Positions 20,672 through 30,918 of a stretch of DNA of 64,000 nucleotides are shown here, one piece after another. A program made the position numbers and the translations under genes. Numbering within the stretch: position 1 is the stretch's first letter; every line of letters starts with the position of its first letter. Under the pieces are notes generated by a model. It made no database searches, was not told the origin of the DNA, and was given only the letters and a program-made list of their open reading frames with translations. The stretch lies in sequence record OR192075.1, one strand, 5' to 3'. Source of the stretch: Escherichia phage MIZ6.

Positions 20672-21758
20672 TGTCTCAATAAAACTTTATCAGGATTATG
20701 AGGCATTTCTAAATCATCGCTTTATAGAATTGGGTGCTACCTTTGTTACAATGACTCTGCGTGATTCGATTCGTGGGGTGAACGAAGGATTGTTGCAATT
20801 CTATGATAATAAGGCGATGCATACAAAATTAAACGGGAGAGAGATCATTCAGATTTCGCTATCCACTGCTAATACAGATGAAGTGTTTAACCGAATCTAT
20901 GGGATCTCTCATAGCAATGTAACAATTGACCAAAAATCTGACAACATTTTAACATTCCAGTTAAAGAGCTATCACGAAACACTAAACCTTAAATTTTCTC
21001 GCTCATTGACAAATAACGCTGTTAATAACGTAACTAGCATGATTGATGCCATCTATAAGGAAGTTCCTTTATGGAAACCTACTATAAAGGGTGATAACGT
21101 TGTTATTCCTCGTTGTCCGTGGGTTAGTACCATAAATGACTATATGGATTTTGTGAGGGCATACGGGCAAAGCGTAGAAACAGAGTCTTTCGTGTATTGC
21201 TGGGAAGATTTTGATGGTATAACGATCGCTGGACACGATACAATATTAAAAAATGAGCCAATACCAGCTATAATCTGTGAGCCTAGACTCATGGGGCAAT
21301 TTATTGATATGTCGCCTAATCTGATGGTTTTTAATTTCGAGTGGCAGACTAAGAGCAATGCTAAAGTTAAAAATTCATTTAGCAATGTGACATACACAAC
21401 TATTGATTTTGTTACTAAGCAGTATAATAAAATTATTGTTGGTAATGGGGATAATATTGCACACTTTGCTCATGGTGGCGCTTATGGCGATTTAACTTAT
21501 AAGAATGCGTTTTTGGAAGGTTCTAAACTTGCCACAATAGAACAATATGATTCATATGCTACCGCCGTGTGTCACGGTAATTTTTCGTTGCGCCCCGGTA
21601 TGGTTATTCGATTCTTTGATGAGAAGCAACAAGCACGCAATGATTTTATTGTTGACGAAGTGGTGCATGAAATTAGCCGAGAGCAATCATTAACTCACCT
21701 GTATATGATCGGTAACAGCGAAGAATTACAGGAAGTCAAATTTGAAGGTAAGATATAA
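20649..21758 (+). CDS. 27: Baseplate hub subunit gp27
   Basis: 369-aa ORF; size and position as T4 gp27. Confidence 0.65.
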   Translation: MQRTGFPNVSIKLYQDYEAFLNHRFIELGATFVTMTLRDSIRGVNEGLLQFYDNKAMHTKLNGREIIQISLSTANTDEVFNRIYGISHSNVTIDQKSDNILTFQLKSYHETLNLKFSRSLTNNAVNNVTSMIDAIYKEVPLWKPTIKGDNVVIPRCPWVSTINDYMDFVRAYGQSVETESFVYCWEDFDGITIAGHDTILKNEPIPAIICEPRLMGQFIDMSPNLMVFNFEWQTKSNAKVKNSFSNVTYTTIDFVTKQYNKIIVGNGDNIAHFAHGGAYGDLTYKNAFLEGSKLATIEQYDSYATAVCHGNFSLRPGMVIRFFDEKQQARNDFIVDEVVHEISREQSLTHLYMIGNSEELQEVKFEGKI

Positions 21759-22276
21759 TGACAGAAACTAAACCTATGTTAAAATTTGTTGTTCCTGTAA
21801 AAAAATTAGAGATAAACGGGAAACATATCAAGATTCCAAAAATGGGGATTAAGCAACATCGATTATTAAAAGATGTTCGTAGCTGTGATGAAACATTAAA
21901 GATTCTTCTTGATTCAATCTGTCCTGGGTTAAACGCTGCCGAGTCTGAATTGGTTATGCTTAACCTTTGTGCGTTTAATGGTAAGTGTCTGGAAGAAAAA
22001 GATGGTCTTAAGCTGTCTGATGTGTATATTTGTACAGAGACTGAATTTACTTTAAATGGTAAAGTCTTTAAATTTAAAAATCCAATGTACACTTCTGACC
22101 CCATTATCGATGACGCTGATTTCTTGAGTCATCATTATCACGATCCTAGTGTAGACTTCCATGATTTCCCAGCTTTTATTATGGATTGGGCTACAGGATT
22201 AAGAAAAACTATTGCGCTGGATACACCGGAAGGTACTATCTATGGTGGAATTAACATATTGGATCGCCTATCATGA
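21758..22276 (+). CDS. 28: Baseplate hub distal subunit gp28
   Basis: 172-aa ORF; ATGA overlap with gene 27. Confidence 0.6.
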   Translation: MTETKPMLKFVVPVKKLEINGKHIKIPKMGIKQHRLLKDVRSCDETLKILLDSICPGLNAAESELVMLNLCAFNGKCLEEKDGLKLSDVYICTETEFTLNGKVFKFKNPMYTSDPIIDDADFLSHHYHDPSVDFHDFPAFIMDWATGLRKTIALDTPEGTIYGGINILDRLS

Positions 22277-24006
22277 ATGACGCATTAACATCATTTCGCG
22301 GGATGCGCAAGGAAGCGGAAGAAAACCCGATTGATAAACTTAACAAATTAGATAAACTTGATTCTATTGATAATTTGCAAGCCGCTACCGAATTGGTGGC
22401 AGAGACAGTAGAACAAAAATCTAATGAAGTTGTTGGTGCGGTAGAGGATAACACCGCAGCCAATGAATTGACGGCAGAAAATACACAATCTACCGCTGGC
22501 AATACCCAAAAAACTTATGAAGAATTGCAAAAACTCAATAATTTCTCTTCTCAGATGAATGAGAAATTACGTGGTTTTGGTGTTATGATGGAACGTAGAT
22601 TTGGTGTTGTCAGTAAAATGGCTAGCGGTATTGGTGCGATTGAAGAAGCACTGAAAAAACCGGAACAACCGCAAACAATGCCATCACCTCAGCCAGTTTT
22701 GCCTACTGTACCGGAACAGCCTAATAATGACAACTATCAAGGTCTTCCAAAGAAAAAACCGGATGTTGAGGAACGGAAGAAAAAGAACGCCGCAGATAAG
22801 CGCAATGCGGATTCTATGGAAAATCTTCTTAAAGTTGTTCGTGGAGGATTTAAAGAAACCATAGGTATCTCTAATAAGGTCTTAGGGATGTTATTTAAGA
22901 TCACCTTGACCGCTATGGCAGAAGCCGCAAAATGGGGCGCTATTTTGATGGGTATTGTTTTTGCCATTGATACCCTTATGATTCATTTCAGATATTGGAG
23001 TGATTTATTCGAAACAAAATTTGATGAATTTATGGATAAAGCCGGAGAATGGGCTGGACCAATTAGTGATATTCTAACAACTATTCGTCAAGTTCGAGAT
23101 TATTGGTCTAAAGGCGAATATGGAGAGTTAATTAAATCTCTTGTTATGGGTATTGGTGATGCATTCTATAAAACCTTTATCCAACTTGATCGAATTATCA
23201 CTACTGGTATTGCTAAAATTCTTCGCATGATCCCTGGTATGGGTGATTATGCCGATAAGTTAGAATACGGTGCTTTAAAGTCTGCTGTCGCTCAAGGCTA
23301 TACGCCAAATGAAAGAGAACTCGAATTAATGGATAAGGTCGAGTCTGAACATGAAGAAGACAAATATGGAGAGCGTACTGGTTGGACCGGAAAAGCCCGT
23401 GATATTGGCGAAGCTATTGGGGATTCTATTAAGGATAAAGTTAACGAAGGTCTTGTTAGTCTGGGCTGGCGAGATCAAAAGGATGTTGACGCAGAGAAAC
23501 GACAAGAAGAATTAAAACGCGGGGAATATAAGTCTGTTTCTGCTGAACAACGATCTGCTAGTCGTAAACTTAGAATTAAAAGCGAGGGCGCGATCAATAA
23601 TATTAATGAAGTTATGGAGAATTTGAGCGGTGACTATGACAAAGAAAGAATGGGAGAGTTGAAAAAGGATATTGATGTTTACCGTGAGCAAGTTCAAGAT
23701 CCTACATTAGTTGAAAGTGATCGTTCTCAGTTAGAGCGTCTTATTGAAAAATTTGATGAGATGTATGCTGATAAAACTAAGGGTGCGGTTCCAACTAATC
23801 CTGTTCCTGCAACTGAAACGGAAACAGCAAAACAAGCGGAACGTACTGAACAAATGCAGAAACAAGCTGCAATCCAGCAACAAACGACAAATCAGACCTC
23901 AAACGTAAATAATACACAAATTGTAACAAACAATAGAACTGTTAAACAGGGTGCACCAACAACTAGAATTGATGCCCCCGGTACAATTAATATGGGGAAC
24001 TTTTAA
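22273..24006 (+). CDS. 29: Baseplate hub subunit / tail length determinator gp29
   Basis: 577-aa ORF, helix-rich with Gln-rich C-terminus; position as T4 gp29. Confidence 0.65.
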   Translation: MNDALTSFRGMRKEAEENPIDKLNKLDKLDSIDNLQAATELVAETVEQKSNEVVGAVEDNTAANELTAENTQSTAGNTQKTYEELQKLNNFSSQMNEKLRGFGVMMERRFGVVSKMASGIGAIEEALKKPEQPQTMPSPQPVLPTVPEQPNNDNYQGLPKKKPDVEERKKKNAADKRNADSMENLLKVVRGGFKETIGISNKVLGMLFKITLTAMAEAAKWGAILMGIVFAIDTLMIHFRYWSDLFETKFDEFMDKAGEWAGPISDILTTIRQVRDYWSKGEYGELIKSLVMGIGDAFYKTFIQLDRIITTGIAKILRMIPGMGDYADKLEYGALKSAVAQGYTPNERELELMDKVESEHEEDKYGERTGWTGKARDIGEAIGDSIKDKVNEGLVSLGWRDQKDVDAEKRQEELKRGEYKSVSAEQRSASRKLRIKSEGAINNINEVMENLSGDYDKERMGELKKDIDVYREQVQDPTLVESDRSQLERLIEKFDEMYADKTKGAVPTNPVPATETETAKQAERTEQMQKQAAIQQQTTNQTSNVNNTQIVTNNRTVKQGAPTTRIDAPGTINMGNF

Positions 24007-25064
24007 TGAAAATTAGTGTTATCAATGATGCCGTTGATAGCTTTAAAGCGGGGGTTAAAACCTCCGCTGGTTTTACCTCAAAAAATAAAGGGAAAACATT
24101 AACCGCTCAATTCCCCGCTGAACGTGCTAGCGGTAATGATGCTAGCGGTTATTATATCAACGACTTATATAATAATGGTCTGTTATTCACTGCATACGAT
24201 TATACATCTCGTACTACTGGATCGTTGCGTGATTTCAGGAAAAAGAAAAATGTTGCTAGCGGTTTTGGCGGTAGCGTTAATATCGCTGGTTTTGATTTAA
24301 ATTTGGGAGGGAGAAATGCTGCATTTGACCGCGAGGCAATTGCTAATATTCTTCTTCCTCGTAGTCAATCTGACGTTGACGCTGCTAGCCATAAGTTTAA
24401 TGATGTTGGTGAATCTGTCATTTCTCGCGGCGGTGGTACTTTAGGCGGTGCTCTTTCTAATATGGCATCTACTGCCGTTTTTGGTGGTATCGAAAGTATT
24501 ACTGGTGGATACCTTGCCGATCACGGTGAACAGATTTATAATACTGCGCGAAGCATGTATGCTGGTGCTGACGCACGAACTAAAAACTACGTATGGCATT
24601 TAACCCCACGTAGTATTGAAGACCTTCGCAATATTCTGATCATATACGAAACGTTTTTAGAATTGTCTTATGGATCTAGTGGTATTTCCAGCACCGCAAA
24701 AGAATTAAAAGCGGAAGTTGATGCGTGGTATAAAAATACACTATTGAGAAAATCCACCCCAGAGGAAGCGAAGAGAAATGATACTCTGTTTGAAGGGATC
24801 ACCGATTTTCTATCAAACGCAATTACTGTATCTAACCCGACAATATGGATGATCTCTAACTTTGGTAAGCGTACATCGTTTGAAGGGCGTAGCGATGCAT
24901 TTGGTCCCGCTCAGATCTCAAGTGTACGTCTGGACAAGTCGCCTGATGGTAAGTTTAATGGCCTTGCTATTTCTCCTAACTTGCCTAGTACATTTGTTCT
25001 TGAAGTATCATTTAGAGAGATCTTGACACTTTCCCGTGGTACTATATTTGGGAGTGCGGTATAA
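24006..25064 (+). CDS. 48: Baseplate tail tube cap gp48
   Basis: 352-aa ORF; position and size as T4 gp48. Confidence 0.7.
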   Translation: MKISVINDAVDSFKAGVKTSAGFTSKNKGKTLTAQFPAERASGNDASGYYINDLYNNGLLFTAYDYTSRTTGSLRDFRKKKNVASGFGGSVNIAGFDLNLGGRNAAFDREAIANILLPRSQSDVDAASHKFNDVGESVISRGGGTLGGALSNMASTAVFGGIESITGGYLADHGEQIYNTARSMYAGADARTKNYVWHLTPRSIEDLRNILIIYETFLELSYGSSGISSTAKELKAEVDAWYKNTLLRKSTPEEAKRNDTLFEGITDFLSNAITVSNPTIWMISNFGKRTSFEGRSDAFGPAQISSVRLDKSPDGKFNGLAISPNLPSTFVLEVSFREILTLSRGTIFGSAV

Positions 25065-25996
25065 TGTTTGATTTAAATGACTTTAACGAACAAGCCGCTA
25101 ACCTTGACTTTCAGCGATCTAACTTATTCAGCGTGGCATTTGCCACCACTCCAAGTAATAAGACACAAGCGATCCTAGAAAGTATGGGCGGTGCGGTATA
25201 TGATATTATACCAAATGCATTAAATGACTATTTCGGGATTACTCGTGGTGATTATACTGACGCATTAACAAATCTTGCTGTACAGGGTGTTAGGCGTGCT
25301 GTTGATTCATCTGGTGTCAAAAAGTATCTTTTAGGTGCAATGTCATCCCGCGTAGTTCAATCTCTTCTGGGGCAATTTGATGTTGGTACGTATGCGCTTG
25401 ACTGGTTCAATATGGCATATAAGACAAGCGGTCTTCTGGTGTATGCTGTTAAGGTTCCAGAAAACAGATTGAATTATGAAATGGACCGTAACCACAATGC
25501 ACCAAACATTCGAATTACCGGACGTGATTTTGATCCGCTTGTGTTGAGCTTTAGAATGGACTCTAGCGCATCAAACTATAGAGCAATGCAAGATTGGGTT
25601 AACTCAGTAGAAGACCCCGTCACAGGGCTTCGTGCGCTTCCTGTTGACGTTGAAGCGGATATTCAGGTCAACTTACATAACCGAATGGGAGTCCCTCACA
25701 CGATCATGATGTTTAATGGTTGTGTTCCTGTTGGTGTGAGTGCACCGGAATTAACCTATGAAAACAACAACGAAATTACAACATTCGATGTTACTTTTGC
25801 GTATAGGACTATGCAAACTGGTGCTGTAGGAGAGCAAGCCGCGCGAGAATGGATTGAGGATAAGGCAATAAACGCAATAACAAACACTTTCGGCAATAAT
25901 TTACTTGATAGTGGGTTATCTGCTGCTGGTAATGCTTTATCGCGTCTAAATGGCGTTGGTGGGCGTGTGGTGAATACTGTCACTAACTGGTTCTGA
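25064..25996 (+). CDS. 54: Baseplate tail tube initiator gp54
   Basis: 310-aa ORF; N-terminus MFDLNDF; gp19-like fold signature; position as T4 gp54. Confidence 0.75.
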   Translation: MFDLNDFNEQAANLDFQRSNLFSVAFATTPSNKTQAILESMGGAVYDIIPNALNDYFGITRGDYTDALTNLAVQGVRRAVDSSGVKKYLLGAMSSRVVQSLLGQFDVGTYALDWFNMAYKTSGLLVYAVKVPENRLNYEMDRNHNAPNIRITGRDFDPLVLSFRMDSSASNYRAMQDWVNSVEDPVTGLRALPVDVEADIQVNLHNRMGVPHTIMMFNGCVPVGVSAPELTYENNNEITTFDVTFAYRTMQTGAVGEQAAREWIEDKAINAITNTFGNNLLDSGLSAAGNALSRLNGVGGRVVNTVTNWF

Positions 25997-26005
25997 TAAG
26001 CGAAA

Positions 26006-26034
26006 GGCGGGGATTATCCCCCGCCTTTTTATTT
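26006..26034 (+). terminator. Rho-independent terminator after gene 54
   Basis: GGCGGGG-ATTAT-CCCCCGCC followed by TTTTTATTTT. Confidence 0.75.
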
Positions 26035-26514
26035 TGCTAAATCATTGCAATATTTTAGTGCCTTAGTTTGAAATTCTGCGCTGTTAAGTTCTTCATAACG
26101 GTCATAATCACCGTTTAATGCTGTCTTTCTTGCTTCTTGCTCTATCTGCATGTCAGACATGATAATACAGCGATCCCGTGCTTTCATCTTCTCAAGTTGT
26201 ATAGACTCTTCTTTCTGCTTGCGCAATTCTTCTTGACGCTTCTTTTCTTCTTGTGCTTTCTCTTCCCGCGCTTCTTTGATTGCATCCTTGAACATCTGCG
26301 TTTGTGGTGCTAAACCAACTTTAACGCGATCCACGTCTCGACGTTCCATTTTAGAAATAAAGCATGATTCGATCTGATCATCACTTGCATATGCTGCTTT
26401 ACATTCACGAAGCAAGAAAACCGGATCTGATTTAGCATTCATCATAGCTTCCATGTTGGCACAACCAGTAAGCATGAATGCAGCCGCAAGACCAATCAGT
26501 TTAATCATTTTCAT
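26029..26514 (-). CDS. Predicted lipoprotein with coiled-coil region
   Basis: 161 aa; signal peptide with lipobox LTGC; charged Glu/Lys/Arg-rich helix. Confidence 0.6.
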   Translation of the reverse strand: MKMIKLIGLAAAFMLTGCANMEAMMNAKSDPVFLLRECKAAYASDDQIESCFISKMERRDVDRVKVGLAPQTQMFKDAIKEAREEKAQEEKKRQEELRKQKEESIQLEKMKARDRCIIMSDMQIEQEARKTALNGDYDRYEELNSAEFQTKALKYCNDLAK

Positions 26515-27335
26515 TTAGTCACCTCACCGAAAATTGTAAATTGTCTACGATTCTCATCGCCGAAAGATTCTACTACGTCGTTTACCTTGACGCAAGTCCC
26601 GCGCGGTAAAATTACTTCACATTCGCAAGGGTTCCATGCAATTGACCCAACAACAAAACCTTTATGGTCTTTTACGTCAATTACCCATGATACATTACAA
26701 GAATGTTGCATCTTTCCGGTCATGGATTCATATCGATTCTCACAATAAAGGCTAGTGCTATTTGAAAGCCAGCCTCCAAAGATGATCGGTGTCATGCTGG
26801 TCGATACAAAGTTTTTAAAGGTAAACTCCTTATCTTCAATAATACGCTCTATTGTCTGAATGTCAAGATGTTGACCGCGATAAAGAGTACCGTTTAACTT
26901 TTCGGTTTTATCCATGACACAATCCATCAAATCAACAATCTCTGATATCTCATCGGTCATGTCTTCTTCCCCTAAGAGAGCACCATTTACCCATTCGTAT
27001 TGTTCAGACACATAATCACAGATTGCATTATATTCTGCTGGGGTTATGTTGTTATGTTTGTAATGTTTGAATACATTATCTCCAAAGTCTTCGGAGTGTA
27101 CTTCATACATCACATTAATGATTTTCTTGACAAATCCATAATCTTGTGTCTCACGCTCAAGGAAGCGGATAACCTTCACATAATCATCAAAGTTAATCTG
27201 ATCGCTGATCATCTCAGTGATCATGTAACCATTAATCCCCTCAATGTCATATGTTTCGATGTAATTATCCATACGTTCCATCATTGATTCGCGTGATTCT
27301 TCTGAAAGACGAAAATCCTGTAATTTCTTGAACAT
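26511..27335 (-). CDS. ADP-ribosyltransferase (Alt/Mod-family paralog)
   Basis: 274 aa; R-S-E triad context LYRG ... FVSTS ... CECEVILPRG parallels Alt. Confidence 0.7.
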   Translation of the reverse strand: MFKKLQDFRLSEESRESMMERMDNYIETYDIEGINGYMITEMISDQINFDDYVKVIRFLERETQDYGFVKKIINVMYEVHSEDFGDNVFKHYKHNNITPAEYNAICDYVSEQYEWVNGALLGEEDMTDEISEIVDLMDCVMDKTEKLNGTLYRGQHLDIQTIERIIEDKEFTFKNFVSTSMTPIIFGGWLSNSTSLYCENRYESMTGKMQHSCNVSWVIDVKDHKGFVVGSIAWNPCECEVILPRGTCVKVNDVVESFGDENRRQFTIFGEVTK

Positions 27336-27354
27336 TTTAAACCTCCCATATAAC

Positions 27355-27386
27355 AGAAAACGGGGCTAGTATAAAACTAGTCCCCG
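27355..27386 (-). terminator. Terminator-like hairpin after alt
   Basis: CGGGGCTAGT ... ACTAGTCCCCG imperfect stem preceded by plus-strand A-run. Confidence 0.45.
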
Positions 27387-27413
27387 TTTGAGTCAACCAT
27401 TATTTCTTAAAAA

Positions 27414-29465
27414 TTACATTTTAAATTTATCTGGCATTGCGTCTACAGATACCAGATCAGCGATAAGCTGACGTAGAGTTGCCTTATCTGCTTTCTTACG
27501 TTCGGTTTTAGCTTCGCTAATGAAGCTGGAGAAAGACAGGTCAGAAGCAGGTTTAACAACACCTTCACGGATGAATGCATCACCGTCCGCGATCATCTCA
27601 CCAGATTCTTGTAATGCTGCCAGTTCACTTTTGTTCATAATATGTGCCTCAATGTAATAAGTTTCTTGTGAATCCGTCGATGCCGTAGCACGAGTTACCG
27701 TATCAAAGGATAACACAACACCGCGAGGAAGTAAAATCTCGCATTCTTTGTAAGCAAATGCTTTGTTACCTACTGGCAATACAGGGATGTTTTCCGCGCC
27801 AGCAATGGAGAAAGCAACATTAGCGCCACCTTCACCGCGAGAGCCAGCCATAGAATCAACACCAGCAATGGCACTAGCCACGTTTGCATTCCAGCCACCA
27901 AAAATGTTAGGTGCAAGGGAAGTGCTCACATAGTTTTTAAAGTAAAACGCTTTTTGCTTACGTGCAGTTTCCCACATTTGAGACCGGAAGTCCATACCAC
28001 GATACAGAATAGTACCCGGATCAAGTTTAACGCCATAGTTAGAGAAGGCATTATCCAGTGCATCGCACATCTTGACCAATTCTTCTGGATCTGCGATTCC
28101 CTCAAACTCTTCCAGCTTACGATCAGTTAGGAAGTTGTTCATATTGATGTATGCTGCATCGGCATATTCGCTCAACACAAAACCTTCCGCGCCCGGCAGA
28201 TCAAGATCAATATCTGCCATCATTTCACCCATGTTGCTAGCAATTGCTTCAAACATACCGGACGCAACATTACGAAGGGCATCGGTTTTAATCTGGGTGA
28301 TATGACTACGCAGCATTTCAGCTTTTACATCTGCTGGCATAGACTGGTCTACTCGATCCATTGCCAGGGCGGTGATCTTGTTTTCGAATACTTCCTCGCT
28401 CATGATTTCTTTTAAGCGTTTGATTGAGGCTGCGATAACTTCCGCAGACAACGGATCATATTGATCCTGAACTTTTACCAGTTCGCTTACTGCGTATTTT
28501 GCATCGGCTTCGCTTTCAAAAATAGTACGCATGAAACCATAGCGAGTGATAATATCACTTGTCCAGTCATTCAGAGAACGAGCGGTTGAACGTTCTAAGG
28601 CTTGACGATCAATCAGAGTATTAAACTGTTTCTTAGGTTCGGCTTCGGTGATATCTTCTTCCGGTTTAAGATTAATTTTTTCTGGATGATTCACATAGTC
28701 GCTGTTATAGGTCGCTTGAGTTTTCAGCATTTCTTCTTTAGTCAAACGAGATTTAGCCGCTACGCGTTGTTCTGCTTCCGCGTTTCGTTCTTCTTCTGAC
28801 ACAAGACTAGCCGCATACGCCTCATCTTTAGTCAGAGATTCACCAGTAGCCTTAGATACCCAGCGATCACCTAAATCACTTTCTACTTTAGTGAACAAGG
28901 ATTCATCAAGTTTAATCCCTTTAATCTTATCAATCGCCATCCCGCGACGCTTGACAACAACTAAAGCGATCTTTTTGCTGGTCATTACTTCCTGCTGGAA
29001 TACTTCAAACTTCGGTGTACGACGCACCAGACGCTCTATAACGCGCTTAACCAGTTCGGTCTTACCTTTCATGCGGGATACGTTAAAACGGAACATAACA
29101 GCGTCTAATTGCGCTTTACGGGCTGTTTCCATAACCACATCAAAAGCACTTGCCATAACTGCAATCGGGTTATCGCCTAGACCATTTTTAAGCTGTACAA
29201 TACGACCGCTTTTGTTCATTTCGCACAGTACAACATGTGCGGTCTTGTCACCCATACGAATGATTTTAGGTGTTTTGTTGGTGAAGTTACAAAGACGGAC
29301 AATCACATCTTTATCGCGTGTCTGTACTGCAAAAAGCTGTTTAGGATTCTGCTTAGGCTTTAAGCACTGTACCGGAGCAATACTGCCAAAGTTTTCTTCC
29401 TCTTCCGTCAACAGCCATTTCTCGAAAGATTCAATCATTAGATCGTCGATTTCTAAGTTAAACAT
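27414..29465 (-). CDS. alt: ADP-ribosyltransferase Alt
   Basis: 683 aa; LYRGMDF ... YVSTS ... YKECEILLPRG; size and position (after gene 54) as T4 Alt. Confidence 0.8.
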   Translation of the reverse strand: MFNLEIDDLMIESFEKWLLTEEEENFGSIAPVQCLKPKQNPKQLFAVQTRDKDVIVRLCNFTNKTPKIIRMGDKTAHVVLCEMNKSGRIVQLKNGLGDNPIAVMASAFDVVMETARKAQLDAVMFRFNVSRMKGKTELVKRVIERLVRRTPKFEVFQQEVMTSKKIALVVVKRRGMAIDKIKGIKLDESLFTKVESDLGDRWVSKATGESLTKDEAYAASLVSEEERNAEAEQRVAAKSRLTKEEMLKTQATYNSDYVNHPEKINLKPEEDITEAEPKKQFNTLIDRQALERSTARSLNDWTSDIITRYGFMRTIFESEADAKYAVSELVKVQDQYDPLSAEVIAASIKRLKEIMSEEVFENKITALAMDRVDQSMPADVKAEMLRSHITQIKTDALRNVASGMFEAIASNMGEMMADIDLDLPGAEGFVLSEYADAAYINMNNFLTDRKLEEFEGIADPEELVKMCDALDNAFSNYGVKLDPGTILYRGMDFRSQMWETARKQKAFYFKNYVSTSLAPNIFGGWNANVASAIAGVDSMAGSRGEGGANVAFSIAGAENIPVLPVGNKAFAYKECEILLPRGVVLSFDTVTRATASTDSQETYYIEAHIMNKSELAALQESGEMIADGDAFIREGVVKPASDLSFSSFISEAKTERKKADKATLRQLIADLVSVDAMPDKFKM

Positions 29466-29505
29466 TTTATATCCTCTAGTTGATAACCTATAAACCTATA
29501 TTTAT

Positions 29506-29534
29506 GAAAAAGGGGCTTAACGCCCCCTTTTATT
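29506..29534. terminator. Bidirectional terminator hairpin
   Basis: AAAAA-GGGGC-TTAAC-GCCCC-CTTTTATT. Confidence 0.6.
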
Positions 29535-29745
29535 ATAATGCACCATCGAGTAATTGCTCTAAGGTGTATCCTGAATAGTCTTTTTCAATAAGGGTATATT
29601 TTCCTACTCGTTTAATACAACCGCGCATTTCAACGTATTCTGCGTAGTTGATGGTACGAGTTGTTCCATCTTCCAGTAATGCAGTACCGATTTCGTTAAT
29701 GCGGTCATAAGTTACGTCGGTAATGATGATTTCGATGTTAGCCAT
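29533..29745 (-). CDS. Hypothetical early protein (70 aa)
   Basis: SD GGAGTATCAA before ATG; promoter cassette upstream. Confidence 0.5.
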   Translation of the reverse strand: MANIEIIITDVTYDRINEIGTALLEDGTTRTINYAEYVEMRGCIKRVGKYTLIEKDYSGYTLEQLLDGAL

Positions 29746-29781
29746 TTGATACTCCTTAGTAGTTCGTTTCGGTATGGGTGT

Positions 29782-29810
29782 ATTATGCTATACACCCTCT
29801 GTTATGTCAA
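29782..29810 (-). promoter_or_regulatory. Early promoter cassette (TTGACA-17-CATAAT) with inverted repeat over -10
   Basis: Minus-strand TTGACA; inverted repeat GGGTGTAT/ATACACCC 29776..29797; conserved leader + SD. Confidence 0.55.
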
Positions 29811-29816
29811 CAACTT

Positions 29817-29996
29817 TTAGAACATTTTTGAAATTAATTTTGCTTTGATTTCGCAGAGAACACCTAAAGATTTCTCGTCACCCGCTTTTGCTGCTTCTGA
29901 TTGCATTTTTGAAATGGCTTCAATGTCAGTGCAATTATAAGCCGCTTGAACTTTAGCGATTGCGATGATTGCCGATTCGATGGTTAAGTGTTTCAT
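29817..29996 (-). CDS. Hypothetical early protein (59 aa)
   Basis: ORF just below track cutoff; ATG preceded by GGAGAATCAAAC; promoter cassette upstream. Confidence 0.45.
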   Translation of the reverse strand: MKHLTIESAIIAIAKVQAAYNCTDIEAISKMQSEAAKAGDEKSLGVLCEIKAKLISKMF

Positions 29997-30028
29997 GTTT
30001 GATTCTCCTTTCGTTTCGGTATGTGTGC

Positions 30029-30058
30029 ATTATAGGGGGATCACCGATCCCCTGTCAA
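30029..30058 (-). promoter_or_regulatory. Early promoter cassette (TTGACA-18-TATAAT); spacer is GGGGATC-ACC-GATCCCC palindrome
   Basis: Consensus hexamers; spacer palindrome contains two GATC sites. Confidence 0.6.
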
Positions 30059-30065
30059 CAACTTT

Positions 30066-30584
30066 TTAGTTATTTTTTAATTGCTCATCTTGTAATAGGG
30101 CAATAACATGCTGTCGATGTTCTTCCGATTGAGGCACACCGAAAAAGTTTGTTTTGTAGAAATACTCTAATCGGTCTTCTCGTGTGCTCTCTTCCATCAT
30201 GATCGCGGGTAGTCCGAGATTTCGGAAACGTCGCTTTTCTGCTGGCGTAAAATCACTGTAATACAACATAGAATCATCATTACCAGCAATGCTAAACTCA
30301 TCATTCATAAAGGAGAATATTGCGTTTAAACGCTGTTTACCGTCCACGATTTCGATCTCATAGCGAGAGCCATCATCAATCTTAGCCATTGCGATAGCAC
30401 CAACCGGAAAATCATTAATCAGGTTTTCGATAAACATACGTTTGTTTTCGGTGTCCCATACCAAAGGACGCTGATAATCTGGGTTCATGTTGATATAGCC
30501 ATCTTCTAACCACGCCTCATAAACAGAGATGACAAAGTTTTTAGTATTGGTATAGTAACGGCGTTTAGGCGTTAAACGGTTCAT
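30066..30584 (-). CDS. DUF262 (ParB/Srx-like, GmrS N-domain-like) protein
   Basis: 172 aa from ATG 30584 (SD AGGAG upstream); motifs DYQRP and VDGKQR typical of DUF262. Confidence 0.55.
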   Translation of the reverse strand: MNRLTPKRRYYTNTKNFVISVYEAWLEDGYINMNPDYQRPLVWDTENKRMFIENLINDFPVGAIAMAKIDDGSRYEIEIVDGKQRLNAIFSFMNDEFSIAGNDDSMLYYSDFTPAEKRRFRNLGLPAIMMEESTREDRLEYFYKTNFFGVPQSEEHRQHVIALLQDEQLKNN

Positions 30585-30585
30585 G

Positions 30586-30918
30586 TTATAGTCTCCTGAA
30601 TGGATCATCACGTAAATCAATATCTTTTAAGAACTCATCCCATGAATGGCGGATATTGTTCTTAATTCTCCAGATAAGCGCAGGGATTGAACGCTCTCCC
30701 ATCTGGAAGTAGGGATCATATGATCCGTATGCCCAATATGCTACTACAATTCCACAATCAGCGCAATAGTATTCTATTTCACTTGCTGGCGACCAAATTC
30801 CATCAATATGATCGGTGATCCTGCTTTCGATGTTATGGCTATGGCAATCAGGGCAACGGATGCAATGACCTTGTTTATCGTAATTTGACGTTAGAGAATA
30901 CTTAAACAATCTCATCAT
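30586..30918 (-). CDS. Zn-ribbon protein, possible degenerate HNH-like His-Me finger
   Basis: 110 aa; CIRCPDCHSH ... DHID ... CADCG; stop abuts downstream ATG. Confidence 0.45.
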   Translation of the reverse strand: MMRLFKYSLTSNYDKQGHCIRCPDCHSHNIESRITDHIDGIWSPASEIEYYCADCGIVVAYWAYGSYDPYFQMGERSIPALIWRIKNNIRHSWDEFLKDIDLRDDPFRRL

